NCBI GenBank assembly: GCA_043821445.1
Contig: JBDRCT010000013.1
Coordinates: 82,149 to 146,148, forward strand
Direction of reading: 5' to 3'
Length of the DNA: 64,000 nucleotides
Origin: Candidatus Omnitrophota bacterium
Lineage (GTDB): Bacteria > Omnitrophota > Omnitrophia > Omnitrophales > Aquincolibacteriaceae
In this document: positions 43,974-53,821 of the stretch, piece by piece
Numbering within the stretch: the stretch's first letter is position 1
Layout of the letters: each line of letters begins with the position of its first letter
Program-made: the position numbers and the translations under genes
The notes under the pieces: generated by a model
The model's database searches: none
The model's input: the letters and a program-made list of their open reading frames with translations, nothing else
What the model was told of the DNA's origin: nothing

Positions 43974-44804
43974 TTATTGTTTTGACAATCTAGGAAGCAA
44001 AGTTCTTATTAGCGCGAGTAAGATCAAGAGCCCTCCGAAAACGCATACCACCGCTGCTCCGGTCGGAAGATCAAAGCAATAGGAAAGCCCAATCCCTGCA
44101 AGGCTCGCAAGGATCCCAAAACCCCACCCTAAAAAAAGCCTGCCGGATATTTTATCCGAAAAAAGGATCGCTCCGACCGCCGGGATGATCAGAAAAGCAA
44201 AAACCAGAAGCACGCCCGCGATACGCACCGAGCTCGTTACCACGAGACCAAAGGTCAGATAAAAAAGGATGTCCCACCATCGGACCTTGATCCCTTTTTG
44301 AGAAGCCACTTCGGGTTGGGTCGAGATCAGAAGAAACGTCTTACGGAAATACCAGTGGAATAAACCCACGATGCCGTAAAGGACCGCCATCGTCACAATC
44401 TCGGGAAAACCCACCAAAAGGATATTGCCCACAAGCATGTGCCGGATCTCTTCATCCCCTTCCGCCGCCCGACTCAGGATCAAGACGGCTGCGGCAGCAG
44501 CGACCGCATAGACGATCCCAATAATGGCCTCCTGGGGGATCTTTTCTCTGCGGGTTCGCGTCACGGAAAAGATGATGGCTCCGACAAAAGTCGCACCGAG
44601 GGAGAACCAATAGGTTGCATGTCCGTGAAGACTGAACCCGAACATGAAGGCAAGAACCGCGCCCAAAGCCGCGATCTGTGCCAGAGCCAGGTCCACAAAA
44701 ATGACCTTCCTTTCAACGACATGGACCCCCAGATAGGTATGGATCCCCGTCAGGATGAAGCAAGCCAACAAAGGTTTCCACATCAAAAGAAAAAAATCAC
44801 TCAT
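43974..44804 (-). CDS. Metal ABC transporter permease (ABC-3, ZnuB/MntB-like)
   Basis: 8 TM, 276 aa. Confidence 0.8.
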   Translation of the reverse strand: MSDFFLLMWKPLLACFILTGIHTYLGVHVVERKVIFVDLALAQIAALGAVLAFMFGFSLHGHATYWFSLGATFVGAIIFSVTRTRREKIPQEAIIGIVYAVAAAAAVLILSRAAEGDEEIRHMLVGNILLVGFPEIVTMAVLYGIVGLFHWYFRKTFLLISTQPEVASQKGIKVRWWDILFYLTFGLVVTSSVRIAGVLLVFAFLIIPAVGAILFSDKISGRLFLGWGFGILASLAGIGLSYCFDLPTGAAVVCVFGGLLILLALIRTLLPRLSKQ

Positions 44805-45742
44805 GAAGCACTGCCTTTCTGCTCACCCAATGCGCCTTCGAGCAGGCTGATGTCTTGTTCCATAAGGGATATATAGTCTTTCGCGTTCTCTGGTTCGCCA
44901 ACTGCTTGTGACAAATTGACGATCCGAATACCCGTTTCTTCTGCTATTTTCTTGGGGGTTCTGTTCTCCTCGAAGTATTCCTTGATGATCACCTTCGCGC
45001 TTTTGTCTTTTATTTGCTGAATAAGTCCCGCAAGATGTTTTGCCGTAGGAGGAATGCCGGGCTTGGGTTCCACCTCTCCGATCACTGAAAGACCGAACCG
45101 CTTAACGAAATAGGACCAACTACGGTGATAGGTCACGACCGGGGCGCCCTGGAATCCTGCCATTCGCTCTTCCCAATCTTTGATCTTTGCATCCAGTCGC
45201 TCATTAAAATTCACTGTGTTTACCCTGTAGAAAGCCGCGTTTTTGGGATCCACACTCGCCAATCCTTCGGCAATATTCGAGGCAATGACCTTCGCATTCT
45301 CGGGATCGCCAATGTAATGAGGATTACCGAAAATATGGATGTCTCCTTCGGCCCGCGATAAGGCAGCGGGGATCTCAAGGAGCGAGATCCCTCTGGAGAC
45401 ATCAATAGAAGATTTTCCCTCTCCTAAAAAACGGGGGTTGCCAGCGGCATCCAGTAACGGCTGACGCCAGGCTTCCAGATCCAGCCCTTCGTGAATGAAC
45501 ACATCCGCCCGTTTGACCCTGAAAACATCCTTGGGGGTCGGTGCATAATGATGGATGTTCTGTTTGGGCGAAGCGATCGCTTGAAGGCGGATCTTATCCT
45601 GGGCCACTTCCTTGGCGATACTGGCCAGAGTGGTGGTCGTCGCGACGACACTCAGTTTTTCCGCTCCGAAAAGAGTCCCTGAAAAAAGCAGCAAAAAGCT
45701 TAGGCCCAAAGTTAATGCGATATTTATCTTTTTAGTAAGCAT
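44801..45742 (-). CDS. Metal ABC transporter substrate-binding protein (ZnuA/TroA-like)
   Basis: Signal peptide, LSVVATTTTLASIAKEV..., His-containing metal site; no ATPase gene adjacent. Confidence 0.75.
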   Translation of the reverse strand: MLTKKINIALTLGLSFLLLFSGTLFGAEKLSVVATTTTLASIAKEVAQDKIRLQAIASPKQNIHHYAPTPKDVFRVKRADVFIHEGLDLEAWRQPLLDAAGNPRFLGEGKSSIDVSRGISLLEIPAALSRAEGDIHIFGNPHYIGDPENAKVIASNIAEGLASVDPKNAAFYRVNTVNFNERLDAKIKDWEERMAGFQGAPVVTYHRSWSYFVKRFGLSVIGEVEPKPGIPPTAKHLAGLIQQIKDKSAKVIIKEYFEENRTPKKIAEETGIRIVNLSQAVGEPENAKDYISLMEQDISLLEGALGEQKGSAS

Positions 45743-45767
45743 AACAATTCTCCTGTAATTAAAAGAT

Positions 45768-47108
45768 CTATTGAATGGCATGTTTGTGGTTGCCCGCTAA
45801 AAAATCCACTACGAAAAACGCGGCATTGTCCGTTTTTTCGCCGCCCGCATAGACCGTGTGCGAATATTGCAATTTCACATCTACATACTCGCTTTGCCAG
45901 AAGATCAAATAAGGCGAAACCGATGTGGTGCCATGCTGACCGGAGACATCGAGCGGATTAACATAATCAAAACGGACTCCAGGGCTTAACCTCGGGGAGA
46001 GCTTGTACTCCACAAGCGAATAAAAACCCCATGGCTTTGCATTGGTGGAATTAACAAGATCCGGTCTGTTCTGAAAATAAATCTCGTTCTGCCATGTCAT
46101 CTGTTTCCCCTCAGGCAGGAACCAATTAAAGGTGGCATCTCCCCCATACACCTTTACACCATACCAATCGGTTCCTTCCGGTCGTGTCCATTCCGTGGTC
46201 GTTCCGCTACCGTCATCGATCGTTAACGGCGGATTGACGGTCCCGAACATTGTCGTCCAGCCTAATTCCAGATTTGTATCGGACGATGGCTCAAAGAAGG
46301 TTTTGAGGTGCGTATTGAAAATAGGACGTCTCGAAACCCCGGCAAAACTCGCGCCGTTATTTCCCCGCAAGATTTCTCCGGTAACCTCTAAAGGCAGATC
46401 CCAGGGATTCGGAATGTTGTTCCTAAGACGCAGCCCGGATGAAGACAATCCTTCGTCCCCGAAAAAGTTCTGGATAACTAGCGGATAGTCCGCCGCGGGT
46501 AGTGCGTGGGCATGCATGAGATTCGCTTTTCCGATGTTGGCGCGGAATTTGCCGATCTGTCCCGTGAACCCAAGTGGCAATCCCCATCGGGTGTAATATG
46601 CCTCTTCGAGATGAATGACATGCTCCTCGATATGATCGTTAAGACTGATCGTTGCATCAAACCGGGAGTAGGGATCCACCACTTGCCCCAGAGTAATTTC
46701 AAACTCTTTCAGCGCGGTCGCGTTATTGCCCTCCGTGTCCGACTTGTTCTGGGTCAATTTTGTTTGCACCGTCCCCGCAATCCCGATATCCGGGTTCCAT
46801 CCTGCATTGGCCTTGGGATTTGCCAGCGTAGGGGTTTGCGGTATCGCTGCGGCTTGGAGAGGGAGCAAAGTCTGTTTTTTCTCAAACACCTCGATCCGAT
46901 AATTTTGCCGCTCGATAATTTCGTTTTGGGCCCGGACTGTCGATTTCAGGACTTCCATATTGCTTTCCATGGTGGCAACCATCCGTTTGATGTCCGCCAT
47001 TTCCTGCACAAGGTTTGGCCTGCCATTGGGTTCAGCCAATGCAGTTCCGATAGGGCCGAGGTAAAAAAGAGACAATAAAAGAGAAAATATCCATAGATGA
47101 AGTCGCAT
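45768..47108 (-). CDS. Putative outer-membrane porin with N-terminal coiled coil, upstream of znuA/B
   Basis: Signal peptide, coiled coil (MESNMEVLKSTVRAQNEIIERQN), beta-rich body. Confidence 0.5.
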   Translation of the reverse strand: MRLHLWIFSLLLSLFYLGPIGTALAEPNGRPNLVQEMADIKRMVATMESNMEVLKSTVRAQNEIIERQNYRIEVFEKKQTLLPLQAAAIPQTPTLANPKANAGWNPDIGIAGTVQTKLTQNKSDTEGNNATALKEFEITLGQVVDPYSRFDATISLNDHIEEHVIHLEEAYYTRWGLPLGFTGQIGKFRANIGKANLMHAHALPAADYPLVIQNFFGDEGLSSSGLRLRNNIPNPWDLPLEVTGEILRGNNGASFAGVSRRPIFNTHLKTFFEPSSDTNLELGWTTMFGTVNPPLTIDDGSGTTTEWTRPEGTDWYGVKVYGGDATFNWFLPEGKQMTWQNEIYFQNRPDLVNSTNAKPWGFYSLVEYKLSPRLSPGVRFDYVNPLDVSGQHGTTSVSPYLIFWQSEYVDVKLQYSHTVYAGGEKTDNAAFFVVDFLAGNHKHAIQ

Positions 47109-47150
47109 AGTGACACTCCTTTCCTGCGTTGTGAATCGGAAGAAAAATGC

Positions 47151-47450
47151 TTAGAAAAGGACGGGGGGCGCTCGGCCGTGTATCGGGGAAAGGAATTTAA
47201 ACGGTAATGATTGTCTAAATTCTGAGAGGTTAAATCGTTCTTGCTGCATCCTGAGAAAAAGAAGAAAAACACAGAAAAGAATGAATCCAAGCGCAATAAC
47301 AAATTGGCATAAGGGGCAACGATCCCCGTCATCCTTATCACCGTCATGATGGGACGCGTGGATCAGAGGATGGAAGGCGAGCGCAGCAAATCCTATCAAT
47401 AGAAGGATTGCTGCAAAATGGAACGCTTTATTTCTTTGGAATAGAATCAT
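47151..47450 (-). CDS. Small His/Cys-containing membrane protein (hypothetical)
   Basis: 2 TM; HASHHDGDKDDGDRCPLC; overlaps an alternative-frame ORF, weak. Confidence 0.3.
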   Translation of the reverse strand: MILFQRNKAFHFAAILLLIGFAALAFHPLIHASHHDGDKDDGDRCPLCQFVIALGFILFCVFLLFLRMQQERFNLSEFRQSLPFKFLSPIHGRAPPVLF

Positions 47451-47520
47451 AATTCCCCCAAATGAGAAGGAAGATTACACCCTACAAGAGCAGCCATCAA
47501 TAAAAAATGCGCCCCAAAAC

Positions 47521-48243
47521 CTAGGTCGATTTTTCGGCCATGCGGGAGTGTATGGTCTCGCTCAATTTTGAGAAATCGCCGGGCTCGAGATGGGCCGTCT
47601 CGACGGGCTCCAGAACGGTCAGGTTGCAAAAGACCTTGGACTTCATAATCCAATCCCCTTTAGGGATCGCATGCCTCGTTCCGCTGATGACGACCGGAAG
47701 AACCGGGACTTTTTCGGAAATGGCCAGTTTGAAAGCCCCAGCCTGGAAAGGGTTCATCTCCTCCGTTTCGCTGCGCGTCCCTTCCGGAAAAAAAAGAACG
47801 GACATCCCCGACCGGAGATACCGGATCGCTTCCCGGTAAACATCGCGGATGCTGGCCCGGTCATTGCGCTTCAAACGGATGTGTCGGCAAAGCCCGAGAC
47901 ACCATCCCAAAAAAGGAACACTGAAAAGACTTTCTTTCGCCACCCACTTGAACTGCAGGTGAAGCTGGTATAGAACCACGATGTCCGCCAAACTCTGGTG
48001 ATTGGCCACGATCACATAGGTGCGTTTGGGGTCCGCATTCCCGAGACCGTTCACCTTCAGTTTCCAATACGGACTCAGGCCGATCACGGCGTTTGACCAC
48101 CAGAAACACTGCCGGTGCAGGATCTTTCTCTGTTGATCAAAAGGAAAACAGACGGCAAGAAGGGCCAGCTGGACCAGATAAAGAAGCGCGATCAGCAAAA
48201 CACAGCTGACCCAGAAAAAAATAGATAGTAACGCGTTCAGCAC
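47521..48243 (-). CDS. plsC: 1-acyl-sn-glycerol-3-phosphate acyltransferase (PlsC-like)
   Basis: NHQSLADI and FPEGTRS motifs. Confidence 0.8.
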   Translation of the reverse strand: MLNALLSIFFWVSCVLLIALLYLVQLALLAVCFPFDQQRKILHRQCFWWSNAVIGLSPYWKLKVNGLGNADPKRTYVIVANHQSLADIVVLYQLHLQFKWVAKESLFSVPFLGWCLGLCRHIRLKRNDRASIRDVYREAIRYLRSGMSVLFFPEGTRSETEEMNPFQAGAFKLAISEKVPVLPVVISGTRHAIPKGDWIMKSKVFCNLTVLEPVETAHLEPGDFSKLSETIHSRMAEKST

Positions 48244-48250
48244 AAACTCC

Positions 48251-48514
48251 TTAGCGGCGGTGAAAGATCATAAAAAAAATGGCCAGACTTAAAGCTGCGA
48301 GAATGGCACCGAGGATCCGGGTATTCCGGACTTCGCGCGGTTCATCGATCGGGGCCACCTTCCAGTTGAAGCGCTCCATGATCCATTGATAAAGACCTAT
48401 CGACCGCTTGGGCCAACCCACTGACAAAGCACCCACGGCGAGACCCAAACAACCGATCCCGAGAAAAACAAGTTTTGTAGCCATGAAACAACAACTGCTA
48501 AGCGGACATTGCAT
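48251..48514 (-). CDS. Small hypothetical membrane protein
   Basis: 2 TM segments; ORF only. Confidence 0.3.
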   Translation of the reverse strand: MQCPLSSCCFMATKLVFLGIGCLGLAVGALSVGWPKRSIGLYQWIMERFNWKVAPIDEPREVRNTRILGAILAALSLAIFFMIFHRR

Positions 48515-48669
48515 ATTCTTCTCCTTTCAATCTGGCGTTCCTACGCGAGAACCTCCGCGTAATTCCGAATCCTCTTGATAGGGTTTAGCGTTCAGGATAT
48601 AGGGTATAGGAAAATCACGACTGCCTCAACGCCAAACTCTTTCTATCCTCTATTCTCTAAACCTATACC

Positions 48670-50721
48670 TTATTTTGTGTCTTCCCACGCGCTACGATAA
48701 CCATTCACGGATTCGACGTAGCGAAGCAGCTCTTCGAAAAAGGCGTGGTTGGAAAGGGTTGCGCTGTCCCCGATCATGATGAGCTTGCGCTTGGCACGCG
48801 TCATGGCAACGTTCATGCGGCGCGTATCGGTCAAAAAACCCAGCTTCCCTTCCCGGTTGGAACGGATCAGCGAAACGATCACCGCTTCTTTTTCCCGGCC
48901 TTGGAACGCGTCCACGCTGTCGATCTCCAGCGCCGCTAAGTCGCCCGAATCACCTTTTTCGCCAAGGATCATCCCCGTCAGGAGCTTCACCTGCGCGCTG
49001 TAGGGGCTGATGATCGCAATTTCTTCCGGCGGCACGCCGGCTTTGATCAGACGGCTGAGCTCCTTCACCACAAGCTTCGCCTCCTGGGAATTAGAGCGGC
49101 TCTCGGTCCCCTCCTCGACCTCCTCCTCATACCCCAGCCCGGCAGTGTCCAGAAAAACAACGGGCGTTCCATCCAGGCCTTCAGTCTTCACATTCGAAAG
49201 GTCTTTCAGCTCGTGTCCCGCAACCGACGGATCGGCCGTGAGCGCGCTATCGTAGAATTCCCGGGATGAGAAATTCATGATGTCCTTATGCATCCGGTAT
49301 TGCCGCTCCAGCCGTACCTTGAACTTTGCGTCCAGGACTTCATGCAACCGCTCGAAAAGCGTGAACCCCAGGCCTCGTTCGCCGGGACGCGACCGGAAGA
49401 CCGTTGGCGGAAGCTGACAATGGTCCCCCGCCAGAATGACCTTGCCCCCGTGACGCATCGGGATCCAGGTCGCAGGTTCGATCCCCTGCGTCGCCTCATC
49501 CAGGATCACCCAGTCGAAGGCCTTGGCGCGAATGAGCGGATCGCCGCAAACCGTATGCGTTGCCACGATCACGTCGGAAGCGTTCCAGACCTGTTTGAAG
49601 ATCTGCGTCTTGAGATCGCGGATATCGTCGCGAAGCCTGTTCACCTCGTTGCGCATCTCGTTACGTTCTTCCCACGACATGACCCGCCGGTCCTGCCGCC
49701 TTTCCTTTTGACGGACAAACTGTTCGAGCTGTGCCTCATGAGCATCGATCATTTTTGCGTAGGGATGCGCGGCAAGCTTATAGCTCAAGGTATGCTCACG
49801 GACCCGTTCGGTAATACGCGCCGGATGGCCGAGACGCGTCACGGGGACCTTTTTTTTCACGAGACACTCCACCAAGTGATCGCATGCGGCGTTGCTCGGG
49901 GCCGAAACAAGAACGGTCTGGCCTTTTTGAAAAGCCTGATGAATGATCTCGGTCAACACCCGCGTTTTTCCCGTCCCCGGAGGCCCGTGAATGAGTAGCA
50001 TATCTTCGGCCTCAAGCGCCATCGCGACGGCTTTTTTTTGGTCACTATTGAGCGTCGGATCAAAACTCCGGAATACTTCTGCAGGGACAGGATCCCCCCA
50101 AAGGGGTTTTTTGAGACCGAGACTGATATCCCTGAGCCGGGCGACCTTGGAATGTTCCGCGGTACGCGTCATTTGCAAAGCTTCATACATGCGCTGATAC
50201 GTGGTTCGGTTTTCGGAAAGGTTGAGTTGGTAACTTTTTTCACTCTCGACCCACCCCGGGATCCTGCCACTGAAAGCGACCGTGATGCTGGAACGGTCTT
50301 TTTCATAGATCGTCCCAGAGGGGCAATCCTCCGGGGGTGTTTGGAAACCGGAAAGTGAAACGACGTCGCCTGGATCCAGCGAATAACGCGGCAAAGACCG
50401 GCCGTTCTGGAGCGCAAAGGTAAGAAGCTTCTGGCCTGAAGGGTTGTAATGGGTTTCCAGAAGATCGAGCCGGAAAATGGCTTTGCCTCTTTTTTCACGC
50501 TCTTCGGGTTTTCGATCCAGAAAATCCGTCTTGAAGCGGCCCTGCTCTTCGCGTTCTTCGTCACGGAGAAGGCGTGTCAGACGGAGAAAATGCTTTTCGA
50601 TGACGGCCTCGTCGCCGACCCAGATCCTCCGCTCTTCTTTTTTCTCGACTCTCGGAGGAAGAGGCGGTTTGGAAAATTTTTTTTTGAATTTCCGCGGTCT
50701 ATCACGATAGGTGTGGGCCAT
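48670..50721 (-). CDS. Superfamily I helicase, Upf1/DNA2-like (AAA_11/AAA_12)
   Basis: GPPGTGKTRV, ILDEATQ, LAGDHCQLPPTV, RRMNVAMTRAKRKL. Confidence 0.8.
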   Translation of the reverse strand: MAHTYRDRPRKFKKKFSKPPLPPRVEKKEERRIWVGDEAVIEKHFLRLTRLLRDEEREEQGRFKTDFLDRKPEEREKRGKAIFRLDLLETHYNPSGQKLLTFALQNGRSLPRYSLDPGDVVSLSGFQTPPEDCPSGTIYEKDRSSITVAFSGRIPGWVESEKSYQLNLSENRTTYQRMYEALQMTRTAEHSKVARLRDISLGLKKPLWGDPVPAEVFRSFDPTLNSDQKKAVAMALEAEDMLLIHGPPGTGKTRVLTEIIHQAFQKGQTVLVSAPSNAACDHLVECLVKKKVPVTRLGHPARITERVREHTLSYKLAAHPYAKMIDAHEAQLEQFVRQKERRQDRRVMSWEERNEMRNEVNRLRDDIRDLKTQIFKQVWNASDVIVATHTVCGDPLIRAKAFDWVILDEATQGIEPATWIPMRHGGKVILAGDHCQLPPTVFRSRPGERGLGFTLFERLHEVLDAKFKVRLERQYRMHKDIMNFSSREFYDSALTADPSVAGHELKDLSNVKTEGLDGTPVVFLDTAGLGYEEEVEEGTESRSNSQEAKLVVKELSRLIKAGVPPEEIAIISPYSAQVKLLTGMILGEKGDSGDLAALEIDSVDAFQGREKEAVIVSLIRSNREGKLGFLTDTRRMNVAMTRAKRKLIMIGDSATLSNHAFFEELLRYVESVNGYRSAWEDTK

Positions 50722-50840
50722 GATCAATCCTCAAACCGTTGCAACAAGTTAAGGCATGTTGCAGGACGTTACATGAAAAGCGATAAATGCATCTTGACGT
50801 AACCTGAGGCAACCTCCTGCAACCCCTTGTAACCTGATCA

Positions 50841-51257
50841 TCATTCTCCAAGGATCTTGACGAGCACGCGTTTCCGACGGCGGCCGTCGAACTCGGCATA
50901 AAAAATACGCTCCCAAGTCCCGAAATCAAGGCATCCCTTCGTGATGGCGACCATGACCTCGCGACCGAAAAGCTGGCGCTTGACATGGGAGTCGCCGTTA
51001 TCCTCGCCGGTCCGGTGATGACGATACCCCTTGAGATCGTAGGGCGCCATACGCTCGAGAAAATCGTCGAAATCCTGAATCAGACCTGGCTCGTCGTCAT
51101 TGATGTAAACGCTTGCGGTGATGTGCATGGGGTTGACCAGGCAAAGGCCCTCCTGAACGCCGCTTTTCATGACCGCGGCTTCGACTTGGGGCGTGATATT
51201 GATGTAATCGCGTTTTTTCTTTGTTTCGAACGAGAGATATTCGGTGTGTGTTTTCAT
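50841..51257 (-). CDS. yjbQ: YjbQ/UPF0047 family protein
   Basis: 138 aa; sequence pattern recalled as YjbQ family. Confidence 0.7.
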   Translation of the reverse strand: MKTHTEYLSFETKKKRDYINITPQVEAAVMKSGVQEGLCLVNPMHITASVYINDDEPGLIQDFDDFLERMAPYDLKGYRHHRTGEDNGDSHVKRQLFGREVMVAITKGCLDFGTWERIFYAEFDGRRRKRVLVKILGE

Positions 51258-51290
51258 GGCTTACCTCCTTGATAAAGGAATGTGGGTAAT

Positions 51291-51600
51291 CTAGTCCCAA
51301 TACTTATCAATTTCATCCTTAATGAAATTAGGGCAATCCTTGTCACCCTTTGGTAAAAAATCCAAGACAAGGATAGTCCCAATACCTATCAATTTCAATG
51401 AAGTTGAAATTGGGGCCGTCCTGACTACCATTCGGAAAAAGAAAATAAAAGTCAGGACCGTCCTTGTCCCAACCCTGTAAAAAACTTAAAGGTGGTTGGG
51501 ACTATACTGATTACCATTAATTTTGGATAAAAATCAGTATGCCGACCATTTGAGAAAAAATCCGAGGCAAGGATAGCACGAAGACGGGGGCGAACAAAAA
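51291..51600. repeat. Dense cluster of the GTCCCAAT...ATTGGG palindromic elements (copies D 51291-51337, E 51374-51416, degenerate copies) plus nested inverted/direct repeats
   Basis: ctaGTCCCAATacttatcaa-tttcatccttaatgaaa-ttagggcaat; atAGTCCCAATacctatcaa-tttcaatgaagttgaaa-ttggggc; GTCCCAA..23 nt..TTGGGAC (51466-51502); direct repeat aaaaaatccRagRcaaggatag at 51355 and 51555. Confidence 0.55.
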
Positions 51601-51679
51601 AGACCTCCGCCCCATCTTTGTCTGGATGGGGCAAAGGTCAATGATCTGAAACTCCGAGCTTTTTACGGGAACGTCCGGT

Positions 51680-52057
51680 TTATACCGGAAGTGCTTGACT
51701 TATGGTGGTCTCAGAGAATTTTTCGGCGATCGTTTCCGGTTTCATGATGGGCTTATAGTCGGTCGAACCGGGAAAAGGAAAGGTCGCGACGTCATAGATC
51801 CCGGCCCCGACCCTCAAGAGTGCATACCCGATCCCCCGCCCGATGCTCACGACAAATCCTGTGAGATAATCCGGACTCTTCTCCATCGCGGTGGGCACTT
51901 GCATCACGAGTTCTCCCGGACCGGTCACAATATTCGTCACTCCGCGACCGAACTTGTCGAGCGCCTTAGTGGAATTCATTTTTTCTGCAAGAGCGGCTTC
52001 GGCGTGAGCGCCCGAAAACACCCATACGACGGCGAGGAATAGAGCAAATTTTTTCAT
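51680..52057 (-). CDS. Small secreted protein, possibly exosortase-associated TIGR04073-like
   Basis: Signal peptide; FGRGVTNIVTGPGEL motif; weak. Confidence 0.35.
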   Translation of the reverse strand: MKKFALFLAVVWVFSGAHAEAALAEKMNSTKALDKFGRGVTNIVTGPGELVMQVPTAMEKSPDYLTGFVVSIGRGIGYALLRVGAGIYDVATFPFPGSTDYKPIMKPETIAEKFSETTISQALPV

Positions 52058-52235
52058 TTTAAGATTCTCCTTTTCTCATTCAAACCCATTCGTTCCATCC
52101 CTAGGTATCGACCATTTTATGTCTTTTTTAATTTTTTTTGAACACTCTTCTTCAGCGCCGTTCTCCAATTAATTTGATGGGTTAACGGTACAGCCCAAGT
52201 CTCTTGTTTCATTTCCAGAAGGGTCGACTTGGACA

Positions 52236-52279
52236 GCCCCAATTTCCGCTATGCGGAAATGGATAAGTATTGGGACTGC
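52236..52279. repeat. Dispersed palindromic element, copy C: GCCCCAAT-ttccgctatgcggaaa-tggataagt-ATTGGGAC-tgc
   Basis: Internal hairpin ttccgc-tat-gcggaa is nearly the same module as the island arrays (ttccgcatgcggaa). Confidence 0.55.
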
Positions 52280-52319
52280 ACTGCGAACCATATGATATGA
52301 AATCAACAGTAACGCAGTG

Positions 52320-52856
52320 CTAGTCCTCAAACCCCTCCGTTTGAAAGATCTCGATCGTGGCCTTCGGAAGCTCCTGCTCCGAAAGCCCCGCTTTCTCCAA
52401 CGCGCAACTCTCAAAAAAAGTTTTGGGGCCCCAACCGGTCTCCGTCGCGACTTCGGGAAGGTAAACTCCTTTTTTCCATCCGCAGGTCACGATGATACCG
52501 TCCGTTCCGATCCGGATATCTTTGTAGCTCTTCACCGGCGCAGGTTCCGTGAGGAGCGAAATGTGAAGCTTAAGGCCCTCCAATTCGTTCAAGGCAAGAG
52601 GCGGGAACCGCGGATCCTCGAACGCCGCGGCAAGGGTCATAGAACGTATGCTCTTTCCAAGAGGTTCGTCTCCCAGGATATGCCCGATACAACCCCGGAG
52701 ACGGCCCCCGTGCTTGAGCGTGACAAAGACCCCGCGCTTTTTTTCCAGGACTTCCCGGCTGAGCTCGAGTTTGGGCCCGGGTCCACCCGTCAAACGCGCC
52801 TTCAAAAGTTCCCGCGCATAGGCCAATATCTTTTTTGTCTCTTCCGCACCTAACAT
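52320..52856 (-). CDS. AMMECR1 domain protein
   Basis: GCIGHILGDEPL motif; start MLGAEETKK. Confidence 0.75.
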   Translation of the reverse strand: MLGAEETKKILAYARELLKARLTGGPGPKLELSREVLEKKRGVFVTLKHGGRLRGCIGHILGDEPLGKSIRSMTLAAAFEDPRFPPLALNELEGLKLHISLLTEPAPVKSYKDIRIGTDGIIVTCGWKKGVYLPEVATETGWGPKTFFESCALEKAGLSEQELPKATIEIFQTEGFED

Positions 52857-53686
52857 GCCGCCCCCCTGTAAGCCATGGCCGCATAACCCACGACAGAACT
52901 CCTTTCCCCCGTGACATCTCCCGAATTCGCGTACCGGATCAGATGAGGACCTGACCATTTCATTTTCCTGGCCAGCAGGATCGAAGTCAGAACAGGCCCC
53001 ATGCCGCAGGCTTCAGCCTCCTCCCTGACATAAGCATCATAGATCGCTTCGGCATTCCCTTTTTCGAACAGAGCGATCAAAGCCTTGTCTTTTCCGGACG
53101 CTGCTTCATAAGAATAAAAGTGGGAAAGATCCGTGGTCGCCACCACAAGTAAGTTCCGACCCGCGAGGATCTTGGTTAAAGCCTCCGCGAGGATCGTGCT
53201 GTTTGTGATCTCCTGAATGCCGATGTAGACGGGAACGATCTTAAGGCCGGGGACCGTTTCTTGGAGGAATGGGATCTGGACCTCCAGGGAATGTTCTTCA
53301 AGCCGGTCGGGCATCGTATTTTGAAAAATGGGATGGAACATCCGGATCTCCCGGGCAAGTTCACGATTTACGGGAACACGGCCCAGTGGCGTTTCATAAG
53401 CGGCGACATCGTCTACGAACACGCCTTGCAAGAACAGTCGATGGAGAAAGGCGATAATGATCACGCTGTCGAATGTTCGCCCTTCGACCAATTTGTAGGC
53501 CTCGGCCGCGATCTGCCCCGAGTAGTCATAACCTGCGTGTGGGACGATCAGAGCCCGGACATCCGGGGCAGGAGTGCCCTTGGCTTCGGTTAAGAACCGC
53601 CGGACCTTTTTTTTGAGGAGTTCGGGCCCTTCGGGATAGAATTGTCCGCTCACCACCGCTGCACGGACTTTTTCCTGGACATTCAT
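52850..53686 (-). CDS. AmmeMemoRadiSam system protein B (MEMO1 family)
   Basis: ALIVPHAGYDYSG, TDLSHFY. Confidence 0.8.
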   Translation of the reverse strand: MNVQEKVRAAVVSGQFYPEGPELLKKKVRRFLTEAKGTPAPDVRALIVPHAGYDYSGQIAAEAYKLVEGRTFDSVIIIAFLHRLFLQGVFVDDVAAYETPLGRVPVNRELAREIRMFHPIFQNTMPDRLEEHSLEVQIPFLQETVPGLKIVPVYIGIQEITNSTILAEALTKILAGRNLLVVATTDLSHFYSYEAASGKDKALIALFEKGNAEAIYDAYVREEAEACGMGPVLTSILLARKMKWSGPHLIRYANSGDVTGERSSVVGYAAMAYRGAAC

Positions 53687-53821
53687 ACCTGTCCCTCAGC
53701 TTAAAGTTCCGAGGTTATTCTACACCCAAAAAAGACCGGGAAAACCCTTAAAATTTTAAGCGAGGGATGTCTGGAATTCGGCGTGACCCCGTATTATAAT
53801 TTAAGAAAAGAGAGGCCTCCC

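Noticed and set aside
46946-47347. 133-aa minus-strand ORF overlapping the 99-aa ORF in another frame
   Set aside because: It is low-complexity (poly-Phe/Ser) with no SD. The overlapping 99-aa frame with TM segments and a His/Cys motif is marginally more plausible, and neither is strongly supported.
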